64,000 bases of DNA from a virus (lineage: Duplodnaviria > Heunggongvirae > Uroviricota > Caudoviricetes): positions 23,521 to 87,520 of IMG/VR virus record IMGVR_UViG_3300035698_035307; one strand, given 5' to 3'. Shown here in pieces: positions 57,654 to 64,000 of the stretch. The position numbers and the translations under genes were made by a program. Each line of letters opens with the position of its first letter. The stretch's first letter is position 1. The notes beneath the pieces were generated by a model. That model saw nothing but the letters and a program-made list of their open reading frames with translations, did no database searches and was not told the origin of the DNA.

Positions 57654-58610
57654 TTATTTATTATCAAGTTCGTCTTCTAAATTTTCAAGGAAGTCATCTA
57701 AGTCCTCATCTTCTTCACCTGTCTTAGCTGTCTTAGTTTCTGCTTTAGGAGCTGACTTTGGTTTGTCTTCAGTAACATCTACTTCTTCAACAATCTTGTC
57801 AATATTCTCAGATGTGCTTCTCTTTGTAGTTACTTCGTCGAAGCTTCTACCAGGGCTTTTCATACCTCTTAATATTCCCATTACCTCAGCTTCTGTTGAT
57901 TCATCCCAAGGTTTGTACTCAAAGTTACCTAAATCAGGAGCATCACCTAAATATTCTCTGATTGCTCCAAGGTCTTCTTTACCTTTTGTCATCGCAACAT
58001 CATTAAGTTTGAGAGGTTCTGAATCTTTAAGGAAAGTACATTGGTCGTAGTTGTTAAATTCACCTTGTCTGGTTAGACGTAAGTGGAAATTCTTACCTTC
58101 AAATAAGTGAAACATTTGAACTTTGTCACCATAAGTAGGGTTTCTCTGTGCATCAATCTTTTCTTTTAACTTCTTACCGAATTTAAAAACTTTAATCTTA
58201 CCATTAAGATTTGGATTTACCTTATCATCAACGATTTGCACAAGAACATAAAATTGTTCTCTTCTGTTAAGCTTCTTAGCCATTTTCTGCTCTACTGCAG
58301 ATTCTGATTTGTTTAGCTTGTAATAAGTTTGCTGGATTGGACATTTCTGACCTTGGATAGTTGAAGGACTGTCATAGTTCTTTCCATTACCCTCTGCATC
58401 TCTCAAGTAGTAAGTTAATTTTCTTACTAAAGATTTCTTAGGATTAATTGGGTTTGGAAGGAAACGGATGAGTGATTCGTAAATACCATCTGTTGTGTCT
58501 TTTGATTTTGGAGCGTAAAGTACTGATTCCTTTTTCTTGTAATCGTGAAATTCTACTTCGTCTACATCTACATTAAAAATGTCTAATTCTGCTGCCTTTG
58601 TTTTTGCCAT
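57654..58610 (-). CDS. gp32: Single-stranded DNA-binding protein
   Basis: IRFLP, FKFGKK, EGKNFHL and NNYDQC motifs; acidic C-terminal tail. Confidence 0.85.
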   Translation of the reverse strand: MAKTKAAELDIFNVDVDEVEFHDYKKKESVLYAPKSKDTTDGIYESLIRFLPNPINPKKSLVRKLTYYLRDAEGNGKNYDSPSTIQGQKCPIQQTYYKLNKSESAVEQKMAKKLNRREQFYVLVQIVDDKVNPNLNGKIKVFKFGKKLKEKIDAQRNPTYGDKVQMFHLFEGKNFHLRLTRQGEFNNYDQCTFLKDSEPLKLNDVAMTKGKEDLGAIREYLGDAPDLGNFEYKPWDESTEAEVMGILRGMKSPGRSFDEVTTKRSTSENIDKIVEEVDVTEDKPKSAPKAETKTAKTGEEDEDLDDFLENLEDELDNK

Positions 58611-58697
58611 AATACTTGTTCTTTTTTTATTAATTTGCCTGTGTTAAATGCCTTATTGCACCATTTGTTGGTACAAGATATATATCGGCATTTGTTA

Positions 58698-58728
58698 AGT
58701 CTAATCACCTATTTCAGAAAGGTTTCAG
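58698..58728 (-). promoter_or_regulatory. Early/middle promoter CTGAAA-N19-TAGACT upstream of gp32
   Basis: Shares the YTGAAAC element. Confidence 0.45.
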
Positions 58729-58828
58729 AAATTTAGCAGATTTATTTTGAACAAAGTTTTTATTGGATTTTTTGAAACATAGGCGTAGAAACCTGATACA
58801 ATATTCACAGGGTTCCCAACCGTTAAGC

Positions 58829-59488
58829 TTAGGTCTTTACCTTCAGGGCCTGAACCACGAAATAGGCATCTATCATGTCATCTACTGGAGTTGGCACCTT
58901 TTTACCAACTGTTAAGCCAGTACAATATTCCCAGAAAAAGCTTTTTTCCAGGTCAGGGTCTTTAAGTTGGTTCTCTACGAATACATCAAAAAGTTCTCGC
59001 TTCTTCATATTACCATTTCCGGCTTGCATCTTAATCGTCTTTGGAGAATATACCTTAAAGATATCTTCTGGCCCAACGATATTATTCATGACCAGCTTTT
59101 TAAATAAAGTAGTAGCGGTTGCAAGTTCTATGATGTTATTTGTTTTAGTGAATCGAGACCCATAAGAATAACCTTCAAATGCTAACTTAATTAAGAAGTC
59201 ATCACTTGGCGGAATAACGAATTTTAGTAACTGGAGTAATTTCCCGGCCTGTATATCGTACTTCTGCATCTTGAAAATATCTTTATCTTCATATGCAACA
59301 TCAGGAACAACATATTCCTGTAACTCATATTGAACATCTGATAGCTCCCCGATTTCCTTTTGAAGATTCTTGTCTTTCTTGGTTTTGTTTAAAGTGGGAT
59401 GGCTGACCCATGTATAATTACCATTCTTATATACACATACAGCTGGACTATTTATAGAGTAGTCAACTCCGATAAGTATTTCTTTCAT
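58829..59488 (-). CDS. ruvC: RuvC-like Holliday junction resolvase
   Basis: IGVDYS, FEGYSYG, SPKTIK and DDMIDAY acidic tetrad pattern. Confidence 0.8.
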   Translation of the reverse strand: MKEILIGVDYSINSPAVCVYKNGNYTWVSHPTLNKTKKDKNLQKEIGELSDVQYELQEYVVPDVAYEDKDIFKMQKYDIQAGKLLQLLKFVIPPSDDFLIKLAFEGYSYGSRFTKTNNIIELATATTLFKKLVMNNIVGPEDIFKVYSPKTIKMQAGNGNMKKRELFDVFVENQLKDPDLEKSFFWEYCTGLTVGKKVPTPVDDMIDAYFVVQALKVKT

Positions 59489-59491
59489 TTA

Positions 59492-59872
59492 TTAAATTTT
59501 TAACCTACTACCTAAAGCTGCACCTACTGCGGCACCTACTAAACGACTTGTAAGTAAATTATATAAGAATCCGTCTTTAATTCCTAAAACTTTAGCAATC
59601 AATTTACCAACTGTCTTACCTAATGCAAGTCCAGTAAGTCCACCTAACATAGTACCAAAGATACCTTCATTAGTTAATTCACTATTAAAATCATTAATAT
59701 CTTTAACTCCATCTAAATATTCTGCAACAAATTCGTCTAATGCAGAGTCTATCTTAGCTTCTTCATCTTCTGTTAACTCTTCCTTTAAGTTTTCATTAAG
59801 AGATTTTATTTCTTCTTCGGTAAAGTATTCGTTTTCTTGTAAATACTCTTTAAATGATTTTACTTGGTCCAT
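59492..59872 (-). CDS. Probable head protein with a glycine-zipper hydrophobic C-terminus
   Basis: Leader QVKSFKEYLQE; GxxxG repeats (GTMLGGLTGLALG, LVGAAVGAALG). Confidence 0.7.
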   Translation of the reverse strand: MDQVKSFKEYLQENEYFTEEEIKSLNENLKEELTEDEEAKIDSALDEFVAEYLDGVKDINDFNSELTNEGIFGTMLGGLTGLALGKTVGKLIAKVLGIKDGFLYNLLTSRLVGAAVGAALGSRLKI

Positions 59873-59896
59873 ATTGGTTCTTATTTTATCTATATA

Positions 59897-60448
59897 TTAA
59901 TCTAATTCTATTATAATCTCCAAAAAGTTATAAACGAAAGTTACGTTGAACGTTCTAAATTCAGCTACATTGCTTGCAAACGACATATCTAAATCATCTA
60001 TCTGTCTCATCAAAACGGCAATCAATCTTGCTGTTACAAGTGAATTACCTTCACCATCAGTCATTCTTAAGTTTAAGTTTTCACAGAAAGGTGCTACAGT
60101 ATCTGCATCATAATAATATTTTAATGTTTCTAATAGCATCCAATAGTTGATATACCCATCTACTAACTGAAACTGAACGATGAGTTCTTTCTGTGATAAC
60201 TCAGATGCAGGAACACTATCACGGTATTGCATCTTTCGGCCACCTCGTTTCATTTGCTCTACTGGGTCATATCCAAATCCAGGTAAATTAATAGCCTGAA
60301 TAGTATAGTTTAAAAAATCTACAGGTTCTTCTATGATGTTACCTGGTATACGATTAAGATAAGGTCTATACTTATCTGCTATATGTTTAGGTACAAAGTT
60401 CCTTGGAAAATTAAATTCAAATAAATTATCTCTTGCGTTTAATAACAT
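59897..60448 (-). CDS. Tail-tube-fold protein (gp3/gp54-like)
   Basis: 183 aa; FEFNF, QAINLPG and FNVTFVY resemble tube-fold proteins. Confidence 0.5.
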   Translation of the reverse strand: MLLNARDNLFEFNFPRNFVPKHIADKYRPYLNRIPGNIIEEPVDFLNYTIQAINLPGFGYDPVEQMKRGGRKMQYRDSVPASELSQKELIVQFQLVDGYINYWMLLETLKYYYDADTVAPFCENLNLRMTDGEGNSLVTARLIAVLMRQIDDLDMSFASNVAEFRTFNVTFVYNFLEIIIELD

Positions 60449-60458
60449 TGTTTATCGT

Positions 60459-62726
60459 TTAGTTTATTGGGTTATATGTATTTACGTTTGTTCCTTGTAG
60501 ATTATCAAGTGCACCTTCTGTTAATGGGTCAGATGATATATTTACGTTAGGGTTCACTGCAGTATCTTTATCGTTTTGAGTCTTCTCATTAATTAGCTGA
60601 GCAGAATTAAGTATTTCACCAACTTTATTTCCAGCAGCTTGTACTAATAAGTCATTTTGCGATTTAAGAATAGTTAATTGAGCTTCTAATTCTCTGATAG
60701 CTTTCTGTCTAGCACTAAGTTCTTTATTAGAAACTTTCTCACCTGCTTCTGTTGCAGTTTTAGATATTCCTAGTTCAGCTTGTTGGGCTTTTATGATGTC
60801 TTTATAGATAACTTCATATTTTTCATTAGGAAGATACCATTTGCCGTGATATAACATTGTTTCATCTGAACTACTTGCTTGTTTAGAAAGCTTTGAAGAT
60901 ACGTAAAATGATTTATCATCAAATCCAATAATCTTCTGAGCATCGTTTGCTGTAATCTTAAATAGTACTTCACCTTCAGCTATATTAATATCTTGTATGT
61001 TAGTATTATTCTTAATACTTATATCACCGTTAGGGCTTTTAAAGTTAAGATATAAATCACCAACATTAGTTAAATCTAAGATAGTTGGAGTGTCGAGATT
61101 TAAAACATCATTATAAAATACAAATAGAATGTAATTATCAAATGGCGCTACGCTAATAGCTCCTTCACCTAATCCATAAATCACATCGGTAGATGATATT
61201 GATTTTACTGCAGTTGCTGCTCCACTTACATCAGTACTTGAACCTGCAGCTGTTGGTAAGATATCACCTTGTCTACTTACTGCTGGTGTATTTTGCACAC
61301 TTGACATTGCTGCAGATACATTAATGCGTTCTCTAAAGCCCATTACATATTGAGTTTCTCTTATAATACTATTACTACCGTTAGGTACTGCAAGTGTTAA
61401 ATCGAGTTGATTCTCATAGCTAATTGCTTGGCCTGATTCATCTAAGATAGTATTATAAACTTTCGATACAGTAGGTACTGTACCTAAATTGATACGTGTT
61501 AAATGTTTACCGTATTTCTTTGCATTAAATGAACTGTACTGAGCTCTTTTAATTATTTGAGAATTATCATCTTTATTATAAAGCCTCATGATATAGTCAA
61601 TTCTATATGATACGGCTACGTTTGCATTCTTAATAACAGGTCTAAAAGTATAAGGGATTCCGAAGTCTCCGCTTTGTACGAAACTCTGTTCCGTTGTTTT
61701 TACGAATGAAGGTCCAATTTGTTCATATACAGTTAAGTCATGGATTACAACTAAACTTGTATCTGCGTTAGCATTTTGACCTGATATAAAATCTTCATAA
61801 ATATCTCCATTATAATTACCATACACTTCAAAGAAGTCACCATCTTCAGATTCTGCAATGTATGCTGTTAGTAAACTATATTCATCCGTTTTATTTAATG
61901 TTACTCTTACGTCGTTAGATGTACCGAAATACGTAAAACCATTAACTACTTCTGTCTGACTTATAAATTTAAGTTCACATACTATAGTACCATCAACTTG
62001 TGGTCCTGGTGCACTAGTCTGTGCGAAACCTTCACCACCAGTCATTACGTAACCTAATCTTTTATCATCAGTCTTATCTGCTAAATAATCATTAATCATC
62101 CATTCTAATGATGGTACTTTTAAATCAATGTAACTTGAATAAAGTTTCTCACCTAATATGAATGGTGCTGGATTATCAGTATCATAACTATCCTGGTTAA
62201 GGTATGTTATACTTGAAAGAACTTGTTCATTGCCAAGTCTATCTCTAAACTTAATCATGAAAACATATCCATCGTAATCTGCACTAATATTAAATCCTGA
62301 TATCATATGTAAACGAATAGAGTCATATAAGATTCCTCCACCTGTTTTATATTCATCGTTGACATCAGTATAGTCTGGGTAAGAAGTTGTAGCTTCTAAC
62401 TGAGCCTTTAAACCTGCAGTGTCTGTTAACTCTGTATCATAGTCAATATAATTAAGAGGAATTGCTGTAGTTAAATAAGCATATCTATTATCTGCAATCT
62501 CTGCAACACTTCTTCTTCTATAGTTTCCCATTGCTGTAATAGGATTCTCTTCATTAAAAAGATATTTCTGGTCAGTGTGACCGTTATCCATTAATAGAAC
62601 TCGTGCGCCGACAGAACCTGTATCATCAGTTTCGATATAATCTGAAGAACCTATAGTTGTATCACCATAGACATACTCCATTAAAATCTGATTGCTTAAC
62701 TGTACGTATTTTGAAGTGTTAGCCAT
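60459..62726 (-). CDS. Large beta-rich virion structural protein (uncharacterised)
   Basis: 755-aa ORF among structural genes, with a C-terminal coiled coil. Confidence 0.6.
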   Translation of the reverse strand: MANTSKYVQLSNQILMEYVYGDTTIGSSDYIETDDTGSVGARVLLMDNGHTDQKYLFNEENPITAMGNYRRRSVAEIADNRYAYLTTAIPLNYIDYDTELTDTAGLKAQLEATTSYPDYTDVNDEYKTGGGILYDSIRLHMISGFNISADYDGYVFMIKFRDRLGNEQVLSSITYLNQDSYDTDNPAPFILGEKLYSSYIDLKVPSLEWMINDYLADKTDDKRLGYVMTGGEGFAQTSAPGPQVDGTIVCELKFISQTEVVNGFTYFGTSNDVRVTLNKTDEYSLLTAYIAESEDGDFFEVYGNYNGDIYEDFISGQNANADTSLVVIHDLTVYEQIGPSFVKTTEQSFVQSGDFGIPYTFRPVIKNANVAVSYRIDYIMRLYNKDDNSQIIKRAQYSSFNAKKYGKHLTRINLGTVPTVSKVYNTILDESGQAISYENQLDLTLAVPNGSNSIIRETQYVMGFRERINVSAAMSSVQNTPAVSRQGDILPTAAGSSTDVSGAATAVKSISSTDVIYGLGEGAISVAPFDNYILFVFYNDVLNLDTPTILDLTNVGDLYLNFKSPNGDISIKNNTNIQDINIAEGEVLFKITANDAQKIIGFDDKSFYVSSKLSKQASSSDETMLYHGKWYLPNEKYEVIYKDIIKAQQAELGISKTATEAGEKVSNKELSARQKAIRELEAQLTILKSQNDLLVQAAGNKVGEILNSAQLINEKTQNDKDTAVNPNVNISSDPLTEGALDNLQGTNVNTYNPIN

Positions 62727-62737
62727 TTATAATTATT

Positions 62738-63613
62738 TTATTTTCCAAATTGCAACCATCTCGGTGTGTAATTAACTCCTACGCCAATCATTACACCATT
62801 ATGGTATGCGTTATTCTGTAATACTAAACCATATCCTACTGTAAAGCCGATTCCAAATTCTTTTCTGAATTTTCTTGCAGCTTTCTTAGAGATTGGGTCA
62901 TCCATTATTTGTGCACCTGTTATTGACGGAAATGTTACGCCAGGATATTTAGTTGTAACCCAAATAATAGGTTTCTTTGTTTCTTTATCTATCGATAATC
63001 CTGTAGTCAGACTTATATTTTGTTGAAGAGTGAAACTACCTAAACCAGGGAATACCTTTCCATAGTAATCTAAACTATCAGACTTCTGTAAAGTAGAATC
63101 TGGTAAGCTATAGTAATTAAGTTTGAATGGGATTTTACCTGAAAGCCATCTCTTATTTCCTTCTTTATAATCTATACTGTCATTAAAATAAAATAATTTG
63201 TTTCCAAGTGAATCTTCTGTTACGTAAACTGGAACTTCCTTTATTACTTCTTTAATCTCAACTACATATTTAATAAGAACTTTAGGTGGCTTATTCTTTT
63301 CTTTCGTATAGTCACTAAACAAACTGGCATACTTACCATTAAGTTCATCAACTGTTAGAACATATCCACTTATCTCACCTTTCATAGAACCATTTTCAGT
63401 TCTATACATCTTAACTGAATCTTGACTTGCATCGTAGTTGTTCTTTATACGTTGAGTTTCAGCTTGTTCAGTTTTAACATCATCTTTTAGACTTTGAATA
63501 GTATTGCATTGTCTAAAAAACAACAGCCCAAAAATAACTACACTTGCTAATAAAAGCATCCTTGTGTTTTTAGGATTAATTAAAAATTTCCATATACTAC
63601 TTATCCAGTTCAT
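62738..63613 (-). CDS. Membrane-anchored periplasmic protein (spanin-like candidate)
   Basis: Probable start MNWISSIW. It has an N-terminal hydrophobic helix ending RQC, a coiled coil, and C-terminal alternating beta-strands ending WLQFGK. Confidence 0.5.
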   Translation of the reverse strand: MNWISSIWKFLINPKNTRMLLLASVVIFGLLFFRQCNTIQSLKDDVKTEQAETQRIKNNYDASQDSVKMYRTENGSMKGEISGYVLTVDELNGKYASLFSDYTKEKNKPPKVLIKYVVEIKEVIKEVPVYVTEDSLGNKLFYFNDSIDYKEGNKRWLSGKIPFKLNYYSLPDSTLQKSDSLDYYGKVFPGLGSFTLQQNISLTTGLSIDKETKKPIIWVTTKYPGVTFPSITGAQIMDDPISKKAARKFRKEFGIGFTVGYGLVLQNNAYHNGVMIGVGVNYTPRWLQFGK

Positions 63614-63839
63614 ATTCTTGTGTTTGAATGTTAAATTTACCTTTACCATAAGTCTTTGAAAGCTCAAGGCCAAAGGTGTTTTCTACTTTTCTATTATCAG
63701 TTAGTTCTTGAAGTAGTGTATTAACATCTACCTCAAGATTCTTCATCTGTTCTTGTTTCTCTTCAATCTTCTTGTATATTTCTTTATATTTTGAAATAAT
63801 ACCTTCTAATTCTAATTGTTCTTCGTTTTGTAATTTCAT
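63597..63839 (-). CDS. Hypothetical coiled-coil protein
   Basis: 80-aa ORF. Confidence 0.65.
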   Translation of the reverse strand: MKLQNEEQLELEGIISKYKEIYKKIEEKQEQMKNLEVDVNTLLQELTDNRKVENTFGLELSKTYGKGKFNIQTQEYELDK

Positions 63840-63841
63840 TC

Positions 63842-64000
63842 TTAAATATTTAAGTGTTTCTCAATTGCTGCTAATCTTTCTTCAAGACTTGCTATCTTCT
63901 TATCTTTCTCTTCAATTAATTTCTGCTGGTCTTGAATAGATTGAATAATCAGTGGGGTAAATTTACCATAATCTAATGTCATTGGTATGAATTTCTCTTT
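63842..64000 (-). CDS. C-terminal end of a tail fibre/spike with an intramolecular chaperone (peptidase S74-like); partial
   Basis: Manual translation: KEKFIPMTLDYGKFTPLIIQSIQDQQKLIEEKDKKIASLEERLAAIEKHLNI*. Confidence 0.75.
   Translation of the reverse strand, partial: KEKFIPMTLDYGKFTPLIIQSIQDQQKLIEEKDKKIASLEERLAAIEKHLNI

Larger units (their letters stand above)
3744..58686 (-). promoter_or_regulatory. Dispersed late-promoter motif GATATATA (11 exact copies noted upstream of genes)
   Basis: At 3744, 4385, 7706, 10679, 20712, 24523, 26169, 31105, 41059, 54361 and 58679. Each lies 21-69 nt upstream of a start codon; a gp55 gene is present. Confidence 0.75.

Noticed and set aside
2140-60973. 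Many short alternate-frame or antisense ORFs in the track (e.g. 4813, 8751, 18507, 26221, 43598, 48531, 57763)
   Set aside because: They lie wholly within well-supported minus-strand genes and show no motifs of their own.
1-64000. Stop-codon reassignment, as seen in some jumbo phages
   Set aside because: Core genes are full length and densely packed under the standard code; TAG and TGA occur as genuine stops.

Overview
This 64 kb window is the core of a large, AT-rich, T4-like myophage (jumbo-phage type). Nearly all genes are on the minus strand and read in the standard genetic code. From left to right it holds: tail genes (tape measure, gp26/gp51-like chaperones, tube, sheath); terminase and neck; RNase H and clamp loader; head genes (scaffold/core, major capsid, protease-scaffold fusion, portal, gp2, gp4); late sigma gp55 and gp15; gp46/47, gp41 helicase and UvsX; a DNA polymerase B split into two distant genes, clamp, class II RNR and dUTPase; an accessory block of probable head-packaged proteins; UvsW, primase, gp32 and RuvC; and virion/lysis genes. 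A Bacteroidota host is suggested by A-rich leaders without Shine-Dalgarno sequences, an Hc1-like protein, the NrdJ type and two TTTG-N19-TAnnTTT(G)-like promoters; this is inference. Main observations: (1) about a dozen proteins carry a T4 capsid-targeting-like leader, [ST]F-x-[ED]-[FY]-x-x-E. They include a CCA-adding enzyme, a HAD phosphatase, an ATP-grasp ligase, an RNA-ligase-like enzyme, and a pseudo-ligase/nucleotidyltransferase/nuclease polyprotein, which suggests a packaged, injected enzyme kit. (2) An 84-aa protein copies the N-arm of the major capsid protein (15/19 identical). (3) There are two candidate recoding sites: +1 at gp26/gp51 and -1 at an A9 run in the scaffold gene. (4) Two promoter classes recur. 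All family calls come from motif recognition; no database searches were run.
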